Assembly (NCBI GenBank): GCA_036267355.1
Contig: DATAWG010000122.1
Span: 13,671 to 77,670 of the forward strand
Direction: 5' to 3'
DNA: 64,000 nt
Origin: Pirellulales bacterium
GTDB taxonomy: Bacteria > Planctomycetota > Planctomycetia > Pirellulales > DATAWG01
Shown: piece after piece, positions 42,921-53,582 of the stretch
Layout: each line of letters opens with the position of its first letter
How positions within the stretch are numbered: the first letter of the stretch is position 1
Translations under genes and position numbers: made by a program
The notes under the pieces: generated by a model
What the model was told of the DNA's origin: nothing
The model's input: the letters and a program-made list of their open reading frames with translations, nothing else
Databases searched by the model: none

Positions 42921-44857
42921 TCATGGCGGACGAGTTGCTTGCGACGATTCAATCTCCCGCCGATTTGCAGCGGCTTTCGCTTGCACAATTGCAGCAATTG
43001 GCCGCGGAAATGCGCGAGGCGCTTTGCAAGGTGGTCGCCGATCGGACCGCTCATTTCGCATCGAATCTGGGCGTCGTCGAGCTTTGCCTGGCCTTGCACA
43101 CGACGTTCGATTTCCGCCGCGACCGCCTGATCTGGGATACCGGGCATCAAATTTATCCGCACAAACTGATCACCGGCCGCTATTCCCATTTCGCCACCAT
43201 TCGCACGCGCGGCGGACTGATGGGCTATCCCAATCCGCACGAGAGCCCCTACGACCTGTTTATGACCGGCCACGCCGGTTGCAGTGTGTCGACCGTGCTC
43301 GGGCTGCATAGCGGCGACGAATTGCTCGGCGAGGCCGACCGGCACGCCGTTGCCGTCATTGGCGACGGTGCGTTGCCGAGCGGAATCGTGTTCGAAGCGT
43401 TGAACAACGCCGGGGGCAAGAAGCCCGCCAAGCTGTTGGTCGTGTTGAACGACAACAAGATGTCGATCTGCCCGCGCGTCGGCGGCCTGGCCGATTATCT
43501 CGATCGCTTGCGGATGAATCGCTTTTACACCGGCTTGAAACACGAAGTGGCCGGGTTACTCGATCGCTTGCCGTTGATCGGCGACAGAATCGAACGCTTG
43601 CTGTCGCTCATCAAAGACTCGATCAAGGCCGGGATGCATGGCGGAATGCACGGCGGGATGTTGTTCGAAGAATTGAATTTCCGCTATGTCGGACCGGTCG
43701 ACGGCCATAGCATTCCGCAGTTGCGCAAGTATTTGAAACTGGCCAAGGACGCCGACGGGCCGGTGCTGCTGCACGTCGTGACGGAGAAGGGGCATGGCTT
43801 CGAGCCGGCGGAAGCCGATCCGGTCTATTTCCACACGCCCGCGCCATTCGCCTGCGGCGGCGAAGCCGTGCTGCCGATCCAATCGAGTTCCTCACGCGCC
43901 TACACCGACGTTGCCAGCCAAAGCATCTCCGACCAGATGCATCGGAATCCGCGCGTCACGGTGCTCACCGCGGCGATGTGCCAAGGCAACAAACTCGAGC
44001 CGATCCGCGCAGCGTTTCCGGACCGGTTTTTCGACACCGGCATTTGCGAATCGCACGCGGTCGCGTTCGCCGCCGGACAAGCCAAGGCCGGCTTGCGGCC
44101 GATCGTCGACATTTACAGCACATTCTTGCAGCGCAGTTTCGATCAGATCTTTCAGGAAGTCGCGCTGCAGAATTTGCCGGTCACGTTCATGCTCGATCGA
44201 GCCGGCCTGACGGGGCCCGATGGGCCGACGCATCACGGCGCTTTCGACATCGGCTACATGCGATTATTCCCCAACCTGACCGTGATGGCCCCCGGCGACG
44301 AGGACGACTTGCGCGAGATGCTCGAATTCGCTCTTGCGCACGACGGGCCTGCGTCGATCCGCTATCCGAAGGCGACGGCCGAGAAGTGCAACCGGCAACG
44401 AACCGCGGTTGAATTCGGCCGAGCCGAAGTCATCGATTGGGGGACCGACGGCTTGCTGATCGCGTGCGGCACGCTACTGGGAAGCTGCATCAAGGCTGCC
44501 GCACAGTTGCGCGACGAAGGGCTCGATATCGGCGTCGTCAACGCTCGATTCATCAAGCCGCTCGACCGGGAAACCATCCTGCGGGCCATCGAGACTGCGC
44601 CGCTCGTCGTGACAGTCGAAGAAGGAGCCCTCATGACCGGCTTCGGCAGCGCCGTGCTGGAAGCCGCCGCGGATGCGGGCTTGAACACCGCGCACATCCG
44701 CCGCCTCGGCATTCCCGACCGATTTGTCGAGCACGGCGATCGGGCCGAACTGTTGGCCGAACTCGGCCTCGACGCGGCCGGAATCGCAAATTGCTGCCGT
44801 CAACTGGCCGACGACCTTGGGCTCTGCAAAGACGCCAATCGCCGCCGCGTGAGTTGA
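42917..44857 (+). CDS. dxs: 1-deoxy-D-xylulose-5-phosphate synthase
   Basis: Internal ATG (MIMADELLATIQSPADL) overlaps the ispA stop (ATGA at 42917-42920). DTGHQIYPHKLITGR, GHAGCSVSTVLG, GDGALPSGIVFEALN, ICESHAVAFAAG, LDRAGLTGPDGPTHHGAFD. Confidence 0.95.
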   Translation: MIMADELLATIQSPADLQRLSLAQLQQLAAEMREALCKVVADRTAHFASNLGVVELCLALHTTFDFRRDRLIWDTGHQIYPHKLITGRYSHFATIRTRGGLMGYPNPHESPYDLFMTGHAGCSVSTVLGLHSGDELLGEADRHAVAVIGDGALPSGIVFEALNNAGGKKPAKLLVVLNDNKMSICPRVGGLADYLDRLRMNRFYTGLKHEVAGLLDRLPLIGDRIERLLSLIKDSIKAGMHGGMHGGMLFEELNFRYVGPVDGHSIPQLRKYLKLAKDADGPVLLHVVTEKGHGFEPAEADPVYFHTPAPFACGGEAVLPIQSSSSRAYTDVASQSISDQMHRNPRVTVLTAAMCQGNKLEPIRAAFPDRFFDTGICESHAVAFAAGQAKAGLRPIVDIYSTFLQRSFDQIFQEVALQNLPVTFMLDRAGLTGPDGPTHHGAFDIGYMRLFPNLTVMAPGDEDDLREMLEFALAHDGPASIRYPKATAEKCNRQRTAVEFGRAEVIDWGTDGLLIACGTLLGSCIKAAAQLRDEGLDIGVVNARFIKPLDRETILRAIETAPLVVTVEEGALMTGFGSAVLEAAADAGLNTAHIRRLGIPDRFVEHGDRAELLAELGLDAAGIANCCRQLADDLGLCKDANRRRVS

Positions 44858-44945
44858 GCCGCACCGATCGCGGGCCGGCGTCTCCCTTCGCCTCTCCCCT
44901 TCGTGGCAGAGGGGCCGGGCCTGGGGGCGCGGCAACCGAGCCCAT

Positions 44946-46070
44946 CTAATTTTTCGTCGCCCCGATTTCAACCCAGCGGCGCTCTTCGTGCGATCGAAGC
45001 ACCGCATCGGCGACAATTTGGGCATTCAGCCCATCGAGAAAACTCGGCGCCGCCTCGCGGCGCTCGACAATCGCCGACACGAACTCCCACATGAGATCAT
45101 AGCGAAACACGGTCGCCGGGTTGCCATCGCGCGGATCGCGGGGGCTCTCGGCCGGCTTGAGAAACTCGAGCGGCACCTCGACCGGCGCGAGATCATGCCC
45201 TGTCCGGCCGATAAGAATCGTGTTCGGCAGATGCAATTGATAGACGGCCGAGCCCTCGGAGCCGTTGATCTCGGCCCATTCGTGGCCGAAGCCGCTCCGC
45301 TCATACCCCTTGGCCAGCGTGGTGCCTTCCCAAACGCCGGTCGCTCCGGAAGCGAATTCACCGAGCAAGGCCGACCAATCGTCGACATCCGAGGGAGGGC
45401 AAGCTTTGCCATCGACGGTTTGCGTCCGCGGGGCAAACCGAGCCACGGCTCCGCAAATCTGCCGCAGTGGCCCCATCAGATCGATCGCCAGATCGATGCG
45501 GTGGATCGTCATGTCGAACAGATCGCCCGCGCCGGCCTGGGCCCGATATTGCCGCCAGCCCCAACTCGTCTCGGGCCAATCCAAGAATCGCTGGCTGCGG
45601 AAATGCCGCGGCTGGCCGAGGGCCCCGCTCGCGACAAGATGCTTGAGATACCGCATCGCGGGCGCGAAACGGTAGGTAAACGCCGTCATATGCACGATGC
45701 CGGCCGCATCCGCCGCTTGATACATCCGGCTTACTTCGCCCGCATTCAGTCCCAGCGGCTTTTCGCACATCAGGTGCTTTCCGGCCTGGGCCGCGACGGT
45801 GGCGATTTCGCAATGCGTGAAATTGGGCGTCGCGATCACCAGGGCGTCGATCTCCGGATCGGCGCACAGCTCGCGGAAGTCAGTGGTGGTCTGCTTCAAT
45901 CCCCATTCGGCCCGTCGCCGTTGGAGCAAGCCCGGATCGGCGTCGCAGGCGGCCACGAGCCGCGCCCGATTGTCCAAGCGGATGGCCGGCACATGGTGAT
46001 AATCGCTGACCTTGCCGGCGCCGATCAAAGCGATTCGGACCGGCTCGTCGGTGGGTTTTTTCTCGTTCAT
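44946..46070 (-). CDS. Gfo/Idh/MocA family oxidoreductase
   Basis: The internal ATG at 46070 (MNEKKPTDEPVRIALIGAGKVSDYHHVPAI) gives the Rossmann GxGxxS motif. Also ATPNFTHCEIATVAAQAGKHLMCEKPLG. Confidence 0.85.
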   Translation of the reverse strand: MNEKKPTDEPVRIALIGAGKVSDYHHVPAIRLDNRARLVAACDADPGLLQRRRAEWGLKQTTTDFRELCADPEIDALVIATPNFTHCEIATVAAQAGKHLMCEKPLGLNAGEVSRMYQAADAAGIVHMTAFTYRFAPAMRYLKHLVASGALGQPRHFRSQRFLDWPETSWGWRQYRAQAGAGDLFDMTIHRIDLAIDLMGPLRQICGAVARFAPRTQTVDGKACPPSDVDDWSALLGEFASGATGVWEGTTLAKGYERSGFGHEWAEINGSEGSAVYQLHLPNTILIGRTGHDLAPVEVPLEFLKPAESPRDPRDGNPATVFRYDLMWEFVSAIVERREAAPSFLDGLNAQIVADAVLRSHEERRWVEIGATKN

Positions 46071-46503
46071 CGATGATTGCAAGAAAAGTCGGGCGGCCAA
46101 TGAGTTCAACGGCCGCGGAAGCCACGTTGTGACAACCGCGTTTCGGAACCGGCCAGAGTAAGCGTTTTGCGGCCGGCCGACAAGTTGCGGAGCTCCACAC
46201 GTGTCGTCGGAGAGAAGCTGCATGTTGGCCCGGCTGCCGGCGCGGCCTTTCGGCATTCGTCAATCGTTGTTCGCCATTGCGAGCGAGCCACCCGGTTCGG
46301 AAGCGACCGACTCTTGATAGTGGCGATTGATCAGATCGTTTTGCAGCCACAGAAGCTTGTTGAACGGCTGAAAAATAAACTGGACATGCTGGCTACTCGG
46401 CAAGCAAATTAGTCGCTACATTGCGCGATTATTCCAAGCTTCTCCGCGATTCCGCGAAGCGGTCTCCGGCGGCGAAACGCTTTCATTCGCACGATGGTGG
46501 ACT

Positions 46504-47898
46504 ATGAACATCACGTTGAAATGTCCGGGCTGCGGGCAGCCGCTGGCCGTGCCGCCGGATTTCGCCGGGCGGCAGGCGACGTGTCCGAAGTGCAAATCGC
46601 CGTTTTTGATTCCGGTGGCCCCGTCGCCGCCGGCAGCGAAGCCACTGCCGGTGGCGACGCCATTAGCCTTTCCTGCCGCAGCGCGATCCAGCACGCCGCC
46701 GCTGCCGCGATCCGCGCCGCCGCCATTGCCGCAATCGGCGGGGGCACATTCGGCGCCGCACGGCGGTGCGTTCGATCTCGATTCGCTCGGAATTTCGCCG
46801 GCTAGCGCTGTTTCAACCGCTGGAATTGCTCCGGTGCCGCGGAGCGTGGCGGCCGGTTCGCGGCGGTCGTCCAAAACGCCCTGGTTGGTCGGCGCAATTG
46901 CGGCCAGTGTATTTCTCCTTGCGGCTGCGGTCGGCGGGTGGATGATGTTCGGCGTTCGCTCCGGGCTCGGCGACGATCTGCGATTCATGCCCGACGACGC
47001 AAATCTGGTATTCACGATCGACGTGAAATCGCTGCTGGCGAGCGGCGTGGGGCGACGATTCAAGGAGCAATTGCCCGATCTGAAACAACTGGCCAAAAAC
47101 TCGAAAGTGAAGCCCGAGGATATCGAGCGGATGACGATGGGAGGCCGCGCGACAAATGAGCAATTCTGCGTGGTGATCCATTTCACCAAGCCGATCGCGG
47201 TCGAAGATGTGTTGCCCGGCGAGACGACCAAATCGACCGTCGGCAGCCATACCATGTATGTTCAAGCGGCGTCGGCCGCGACACAAATCGACCCGCAGTC
47301 GGTGTTGATCGGCACCGTCAAGGAAGTGCGGCAAGTGCTCGAGCGCAACGCACCGCCCAGAATTCCCGCGGCCCTCGAAGCCGCCATGACCGAAGCCGAC
47401 TTCAGCAAGCCCCTGGCGATTGCCGTCGACACCAGCGGAGTTGCGCAGCTCGTGGCCGGGCAAGGGATGGCCAATCCGATGGGGGCCACGCTGCAGCAGA
47501 TTCGCGGTTTCTCGGCTTACGCCCAGGTGGGCGACGATATCCGGCTGTATGCGGCCGCCGTCTGCAAGGATTCCGCGGCCGCTGAAAATGTCCGCAAGGA
47601 AATCGAAGGATTGAAAGCGATGGTCGCGAGCGTCAAGCCGGCCGCGCCTGCCGGGCAAAATGCCGCCGCCATGAACATGATGAATTCGCTTTCGGTCTCC
47701 ACCTCGGGCGCGACGCTGCGGGCCAGCCTAACGATCGACGCCGATACGCTCGCGGGGCCAATCATGGCGGCCCGCGCCGCCGCCAACAACGCCCTGAATG
47801 CCAGCCGCACCGCAAGGCCCGACAACGTGGGCAAACCAGCAAAGCCACGCCTGCACAAACCGAAGAAGCCCAAAAATTCGTCGGACAAGTCGAACTGA
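46504..47898 (+). CDS. Zinc-ribbon / TM-anchored hypothetical protein
   Basis: MNITLKCPGCGQPLAVPPDFAGRQATCPKCKSPFLIP (CxxC...CxxC), a Pro/Ala-rich linker, TM helix WLVGAIAASVFLLAAAVGGWMMF, then a ~300-aa domain and a basic tail. Confidence 0.65.
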   Translation: MNITLKCPGCGQPLAVPPDFAGRQATCPKCKSPFLIPVAPSPPAAKPLPVATPLAFPAAARSSTPPLPRSAPPPLPQSAGAHSAPHGGAFDLDSLGISPASAVSTAGIAPVPRSVAAGSRRSSKTPWLVGAIAASVFLLAAAVGGWMMFGVRSGLGDDLRFMPDDANLVFTIDVKSLLASGVGRRFKEQLPDLKQLAKNSKVKPEDIERMTMGGRATNEQFCVVIHFTKPIAVEDVLPGETTKSTVGSHTMYVQAASAATQIDPQSVLIGTVKEVRQVLERNAPPRIPAALEAAMTEADFSKPLAIAVDTSGVAQLVAGQGMANPMGATLQQIRGFSAYAQVGDDIRLYAAAVCKDSAAAENVRKEIEGLKAMVASVKPAAPAGQNAAAMNMMNSLSVSTSGATLRASLTIDADTLAGPIMAARAAANNALNASRTARPDNVGKPAKPRLHKPKKPKNSSDKSN

Positions 47899-47952
47899 CG
47901 GCGGGCGAAGATCTGCTGTGCGATCGACGGCTTCCTTCGTCCGCCGGCGCGC

Positions 47953-48876
47953 TTAGTCCGTCGGTTCGATGTGAACCGTTGCATCGAGAATCGAGAGTTG
48001 CGAATCCAGAAGTGCTTGTTTCACATCGTGGGCAATTTCGTGGCCGCGGCGGACCGTGAGATTGCCGTCCACCTCGACGTGGATATCGACCAGCAACGAC
48101 AGGCCGCTGCGCCGAACGCGGCATTTTTCGATCGCCGCCACTTCCGGCACCGCCGCGGCGATCCGGCGAATCTGATCGTCGACCTCCGCGGCAGGCGCCG
48201 AATCCATCACATCGTCGAGCGCACGGCGAAAAAGCCGCACACCGTTGCCCACGATAATCATGCACGCCAAAAGCGCGGCCCACGCGTCGGCCCGAATGTA
48301 GCGCGGGCCACCGACGATGGCCACCGTGATGCCGATGAACGCGGCGAGCGAAGTGATCGCGTCGCTGCGATGATGCCACGCTTCGCTGAGCAAGGCTTGG
48401 CTGCCGATCTGTCGGCCCATCCGATCGATCATCCGAAACATCAGTTCCTTGACGCCGATCACGCCCACCAGAACCACCAATGTGTAAACCGCCGGCGGCG
48501 TGCTCGGCGGATTCAACAGTGCCCGGATGCTCTGAATGGCGATGCCGACTCCGGTGGCCAGCAGCGCGACCGCGGCGACCATTGCCGAGAGCGATTCGGC
48601 TTTGCCGTGGCCGAACGGATGATTCTCGTCCGGGGGAATGGCCGCGATCCGCAATCCGCCGGAGACGACCAGCGAACTAACCACGTCGGCCAGCGATTCG
48701 ACGCCATCGGCCACAAGGGCGTAGGCCTGTCCGAGCACGCCGGCGCAAATTTTCACGGCCGCCATCAGGGCATTGAGCAGCACGCCCCAGAGAATAATGC
48801 GAATTCCGCCGGCCGCGGCCGAACTGAGCCGCTCGGCGGGAGGAGGAATTTTCGGCGGCGGCGGTTCGATCACCAT
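47953..48876 (-). CDS. Cation diffusion facilitator (CDF) family metal efflux transporter
   Basis: ALVADGVESLADVVSSLVV, HPFGHGKAESL, SEAWHHRSDAITSLAAFIG, and the C-terminal dimerisation domain VDIHVEVDGNLTVRRGHEIAHDVK. Confidence 0.9.
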   Translation of the reverse strand: MVIEPPPPKIPPPAERLSSAAAGGIRIILWGVLLNALMAAVKICAGVLGQAYALVADGVESLADVVSSLVVSGGLRIAAIPPDENHPFGHGKAESLSAMVAAVALLATGVGIAIQSIRALLNPPSTPPAVYTLVVLVGVIGVKELMFRMIDRMGRQIGSQALLSEAWHHRSDAITSLAAFIGITVAIVGGPRYIRADAWAALLACMIIVGNGVRLFRRALDDVMDSAPAAEVDDQIRRIAAAVPEVAAIEKCRVRRSGLSLLVDIHVEVDGNLTVRRGHEIAHDVKQALLDSQLSILDATVHIEPTD

Positions 48877-49061
48877 CCGTCCTTGATAACCGGCTCCTGA
48901 AGCGGTGTAAAGCAGCCGTGGCGCGAGCCTTCGGCAAAGCGAACATTAGCCGCGCCATTCTAGGGCGGGGTTTTGCGACGGTGGATTTTGCCGCCCGGGT
49001 GAGTACACTATCTGGACGCGCCCGCCTTCCCATCCCACCACGTCTTGAGCCCAGCCGAATT

Positions 49062-50189
49062 ATGAACCGAAAATTTTTTAGCGTTGCGGCCCTGTTGACC
49101 TTCATGGCGAGCGTTTATCCCGCGATCGCGGATGCGGCGCGTCCGAAGCCGCCGACCCGCGACGCGAACACGGCGGCATTGGCCGGCGCGAAAGAATTGC
49201 CCGACGGCGCGGTTCCGCCGATCGATGTCGAGGGAGATTTTATTCTCGGGCCGACGCACAATCGTGCCCCCGACATGAGCGTGCAGGCCGGCGTGCCGCA
49301 AGGAACCGTTCACAATCTGACGCTGAATTCCGCCGATAGCAAGTTGTATCCTGGCATCGCACGCGACAAGAACACGTTTGGCACTTCCGATCCCAACGAT
49401 CCGGCCAAGCTCGTGGTCACCACCAGCCATCCGGCTCCCTACACGCGGCATGTTGCCGTGTACGTGCCCAAGCAATATGTGCAGGGCACCGCGGCCCCGT
49501 TCATCGTCGGCGCCGACGGCCCCGATCGATCGCTGTTCACGGCGCTCGACAATCTCATCGCTCAGCACAAGGTGCCGGTGATGATCGGTATTTCGATCAG
49601 CAACGGCAGCGGCGATGCCCAAGGGAGCGAGCGAGGATTGGAATACGACACGATGTCGGGCCGATACGCGGAATTCGTCGAACAGGAAGTGCTGCCGCTT
49701 GTCGAGCAGGAGTGCAAAGTGAAACTCACCAAGGATCCGGAAGGCCGGGCCACGATGGGCTGCAGCTCCGGCGGATCGTGCGCCATGATCATGGCCTGGT
49801 ATCATCCCGAAATGTACCACCGCGTGCTCACCTACTCGGGCACCTATGTAAATCAGCAATGGCCATCCAATCCCGACTCGCCGCACGGCGCTTGGGAATT
49901 GCACGAACACCTGATTCCGAACAGCCCCGCCAAACCACTGCGCATCTGGATGGAAGTGGGCGACCGCGACCTGCTGAACCCGAACAGCATGCGCGACAAG
50001 ATGCACGATTGGGTGCGGGCGAACGAAGACATGGCCAAGGCCCTGGCCGCGAAGGGGTATCACTACCAATTCGTGTTCGCTCGCAACGCCGGCCATTGCG
50101 AAGGAAGCGTCAAACAGCAAACGCTGCCCGAAGCCCTGCAATGGCTGTGGGAGGGCTATTCAGCGGGGTCCAAGAGCAATGCCCGCTGA
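49062..50189 (+). CDS. Secreted putative esterase (esterase D/enterochelin-esterase-like alpha/beta hydrolase)
   Basis: ATG at 49062 gives the signal peptide MNRKFFSVAALLTFMASVYPAIADA. Nucleophile elbow GCSSGGSCAM. Also YHPEMYHRVLTYSGTY. Confidence 0.8.
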   Translation: MNRKFFSVAALLTFMASVYPAIADAARPKPPTRDANTAALAGAKELPDGAVPPIDVEGDFILGPTHNRAPDMSVQAGVPQGTVHNLTLNSADSKLYPGIARDKNTFGTSDPNDPAKLVVTTSHPAPYTRHVAVYVPKQYVQGTAAPFIVGADGPDRSLFTALDNLIAQHKVPVMIGISISNGSGDAQGSERGLEYDTMSGRYAEFVEQEVLPLVEQECKVKLTKDPEGRATMGCSSGGSCAMIMAWYHPEMYHRVLTYSGTYVNQQWPSNPDSPHGAWELHEHLIPNSPAKPLRIWMEVGDRDLLNPNSMRDKMHDWVRANEDMAKALAAKGYHYQFVFARNAGHCEGSVKQQTLPEALQWLWEGYSAGSKSNAR

Positions 50190-50464
50190 ACAACCGAACT
50201 CGATAATCTCGCGGTGCGGCTGCCGGCTCGCCTGGCAGTGTGCGCACCGCGCCGTCGCTGCACTGCTGCACAAGCCTGCAGTGGCGCTCGCTATCAGGCC
50301 AGCCGGGGTTTTTCGGTTCGACAAGCGTTTATGGCAATGGCCACGCACACCCTGGCCGCCACTGGTTTCAGCAATCGGAATCTTCTAGACTTGGGTTATT
50401 CGAGTCGCCAATCCGCCAGTTGGCTTCTTCTTAAGCCGGAACATCCGTGATGGGAGCGGAGTGT

Positions 50465-51739
50465 ATGAAATTGAAATGGTTTGTCTGCGGACTTTCTTGC
50501 TTGATGTTGGTTGCAGCTCAGCTCGAGGCCGCGGATTGGCCGCAGTGGCAGGGGCCGGATCGCAATTCCATTTCGAAAGAAACCGGCCTGTTAAAGAATT
50601 GGCCGAAAGATGGCCCTCCGTTGGCTTGGCGGGTCGGCAAGCTCGGCGGCGGCTTCAGCACGCCGTCGGTCGCCGAAGGGCGCATCTACGGCATGAGCTA
50701 TCGCGATGGAAACGAACTCGTGTGGGCCCTTAACGAAAATGGCGGCAAGCAGGAATGGGCGACGAAAACCGGCCCCGCCGAGGAGATCGGCGCGGCGGGC
50801 TTTGGCGGCGAAGGCCCACGCTGCACGCCCACCGTCGACGGCGAACTGCTCTACGCGCTCGGCCCCACAGGCCGCTTTGTTTGCCTCAACACGGCCGACG
50901 GCCAGATCGTTTGGCGCAAGAACATGAAAGACGATTTCGGCGGCCATTCCATGGCGCAATGGCATTATTGCGAATCGCCGCTTGTCGATGGCGACAAGGT
51001 GATTTGCACCCCCGGCGGCAAAGAAGCCACGGTCGTCGCGCTGAACAAGAAAACCGGCGACGTGATTTGGAAAGCCCACGTTCCGGATGGCAACGGGGCC
51101 GGCTACGCGTCGCCGATCGTGATCGACGCGGCCGGGCACCGACAATATGTCCATTTTCTCGAAGCTGGCCCCGCGGGCTTCGATGCGGAAACCGGCAAGC
51201 TGCTTTGGCGATCCAGCAAAAGCGCCACGCGCATCGCCAACGTTGCCACGCCTATTTTTCACGACGGCTGCATCTTCACCGCGGCTGCCTACGGCGGCGG
51301 CGGCGCGCTCGTGAAATTGATCGCGGAAGGCGACGGCGTTAAGGCCGAGGTGGTTTACACGACCAAGAAAATGGAAAACCACCACGGCGGCATCATCCTC
51401 GACAAAGGCTACCTCTACGGCGCCAACGGCGGAAATGGCGGCGGCTATCTCGTCTGCCTGAATTTCAAAACCGGCAAGGTTCAGTGGGACGAGCGCGCCG
51501 GCCAGCGCCGGGCCTCGAAAGGCTCGGTCGCCCTGGCCGACAACCGGATCTATTACCGGCAAGAAGACGGCACGGTGATTCTCATCGAGCCGAGTCCCAA
51601 GGAATACATCGAACACGGCCGCTTCGACCAGCCCGATCGCAGCCGCTCCCACGCCTGGGCGCATCCGGTGATCGCCAACGGCAAGCTATATCTGATCGAC
51701 CAGGACAATCTGTTCTGTTACGACGTGGCCGCGAAGTAA
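50465..51739 (+). CDS. PQQ-like beta-propeller repeat protein (BamB-like fold), secreted
   Basis: Signal [35 protein letters not shown], followed by repeated G..y......l.al....G...W propeller blades. Confidence 0.85.
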   Translation: MKLKWFVCGLSCLMLVAAQLEAADWPQWQGPDRNSISKETGLLKNWPKDGPPLAWRVGKLGGGFSTPSVAEGRIYGMSYRDGNELVWALNENGGKQEWATKTGPAEEIGAAGFGGEGPRCTPTVDGELLYALGPTGRFVCLNTADGQIVWRKNMKDDFGGHSMAQWHYCESPLVDGDKVICTPGGKEATVVALNKKTGDVIWKAHVPDGNGAGYASPIVIDAAGHRQYVHFLEAGPAGFDAETGKLLWRSSKSATRIANVATPIFHDGCIFTAAAYGGGGALVKLIAEGDGVKAEVVYTTKKMENHHGGIILDKGYLYGANGGNGGGYLVCLNFKTGKVQWDERAGQRRASKGSVALADNRIYYRQEDGTVILIEPSPKEYIEHGRFDQPDRSRSHAWAHPVIANGKLYLIDQDNLFCYDVAAK

Positions 51740-51740
51740 A

Positions 51741-52805
51741 TTCGTGGGCGAATCGCTTAGACCGTCCCAAACTCCAGCGTCGACGCCCCACTAGGCCCGA
51801 AGCGTAAGCGAGGACGCCCTCCGTTGCCGGGCGACGCCACACAAGCCCGAAGCGTTAGCGAGGACGCGCTCCGTTGCGGGCCGCCCCCAACACAAGCCCG
51901 AAGCGTAAGCGAGGATGCGCTCCGTTGCGGGTCGTCCTCACGAACGTATTGATCGAATGTGCATTTGGCTGTGCCGCCTGCAGCGAGACGATGCCGCCGT
52001 AGCGGCGCTCCCTCGCTAACGCTTCGGGTTTGTGTTGCGTTACAGCGACGAATCGTCGGGCGAATCGCTTTGGCCATCCCAAACTCCAGCGCCGACGCCA
52101 CACAAGCCCGAAGCGTAAGCGAGGACGCGCTCCGTTGCGGGCCGCCGACACGAACGTATTGATCCAATGTGCATTTGGCTGTGCCGCCCGCAGCGAGACG
52201 ATGCCGCCGTAGCGGCGCTCCCTCGCTAACGCTTCGGGTTAGTGTTGCGTGACGGCAACGAATCGCCAGGCGAATCGCTTTGGCCATCCCAAACTACAGC
52301 GTTAACGCCACGCTAGCCCGAAGCGTAAGCGAGGATGCGCTCCGTTGCGGGCCGTCCTCACGAACGTATTAATCCAATGTGCACGCGCTGTGCCGCCTGC
52401 AGCGAGACGATGCCGCCGTAGCGGCGCTCCCTCGCTAACGCTTCGGGTTAGTGTTGCGTGACAGCAACGATGTGGGGATCGTGGGCCGGCAGTTGAGGCG
52501 GCAAATCGTCCGGCGAATCGCTTTGGCCATCCCAAAATTCCAGCGTCGACGCCACACTAGCCCGAAGCGTAAGCGAGGACGCGCTCCGTTGCGGGCCGTC
52601 CTCACGAACGTATTGATCCAATGTGCATTTGGCTGTGCCGCCTGCAGCGAGACGATGCCGCCGTAGCGGCGCTCCCTCGCTAACGCTTCGGGTTAGTGTT
52701 GCGTGACAGCGACGATGCGGGGATCGTGGGCCGGCAGTTGAGGCGGCAAATCGTCCGGCGAATCGCTTTGGCCATCCCGAAATTCCAGCGTCGACGCCAC
52801 ACTAG
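51741..52805. repeat. Tandem array B of composite palindromic units ('TAGCCCGAAGCGTAAGCGAGG' family), about 5 units of 210-245 bp
   Basis: The unit marker CGAATCGCTT recurs at 51749, 52061, 52271, 52514 and 52759. Each unit carries TAGCCCGAAGCGTAAGCGAGG and its inverted partner CCCTCGCTAACGCTTCGGGTTAGTG flanking a ~115-nt core. Three extra half-sites lie at 51795-51915. Confidence 0.9.
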
Positions 52806-53338
52806 GAATATTGCACCAAGCTGAAGGTCGGGTGCGGGGCCAGCCGGGCGGCGCCTTTCAGGGCCAAAAGTTCGATCACGAAGGCGCAGCCGATCACTTT
52901 CGCGCCGGAATACTCGACCAGTTGGCAACAGGCTTGCATCGTGCCGCCGGTGGCCAAGAGATCGTCGACGAGCAACACGTTTTGACCCGACGACACACCG
53001 TCGATGTGCATCTCGAGCGTGTCGGTGCCGTATTCCAAATCGTAGTGGAAGGCGTGCGTGTCGAAGGGCAATTTGCCGGGCTTGCGCACCGGAACGAAGC
53101 CGACGCCCAATTCCAACGCCAGCGGCGCGGCGAACAAGAACCCCCGGGCCTCGGCCGCGGCCACGGCATGGATCCCCACGTCGCGGTAGTGGCCCGCCAA
53201 TTGTGCGATCGTCTCGTGGAACGCTTCCGCGGAAGCCAAAAGCGGCGTGATGTCGCGAAACAAAATGCCCGGCTTGGGAAAGTCGGGAATGGCCCGGATG
53301 TAATCGGGCAGATGAACCCCGGTCGACGCCATTGTCAT
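52802..53338 (-). CDS. apt: Adenine phosphoribosyltransferase
   Basis: IPDFPKPGILFRDITPLL...AAEARGFLFAAPLALELGVGFVPVRKPGKLP...VLLVDDLLATGGTMQA (PRPP-binding motif). Confidence 0.95.
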   Translation of the reverse strand: MTMASTGVHLPDYIRAIPDFPKPGILFRDITPLLASAEAFHETIAQLAGHYRDVGIHAVAAAEARGFLFAAPLALELGVGFVPVRKPGKLPFDTHAFHYDLEYGTDTLEMHIDGVSSGQNVLLVDDLLATGGTMQACCQLVEYSGAKVIGCAFVIELLALKGAARLAPHPTFSLVQYS

Positions 53339-53582
53339 ACGTCACCTCAAGAGATCGCGGAAAGCGGGCGCGCGGTCCAGTATAGCCCGGCGGATTGCCG
53401 TCGGCGAGCAAGGATCGAGGCGGCCGCTGGAGACAAGAAGCGTTTCGAAAACCGCAAGACAGAGGCAACACAGAGGGGGAGAGCAAGGCGGAGGGGGACA
53501 GTCCGCGCGCGAGGCGGAGGAGCGAGGCCGAGGGGGACAGTCCCCCGGCGGTTTTTGAAGCTTCTTCCGGTCGGTCCAACGG

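Noticed and set aside
51741-52805. Possible CRISPR array (also considered for 25141-25770)
   Set aside because: Units are 210-245 bp and are homologous along their whole length, so there are no unique spacers. The short conserved arms occur as inverted pairs rather than direct repeats, and there are no cas genes in the window.
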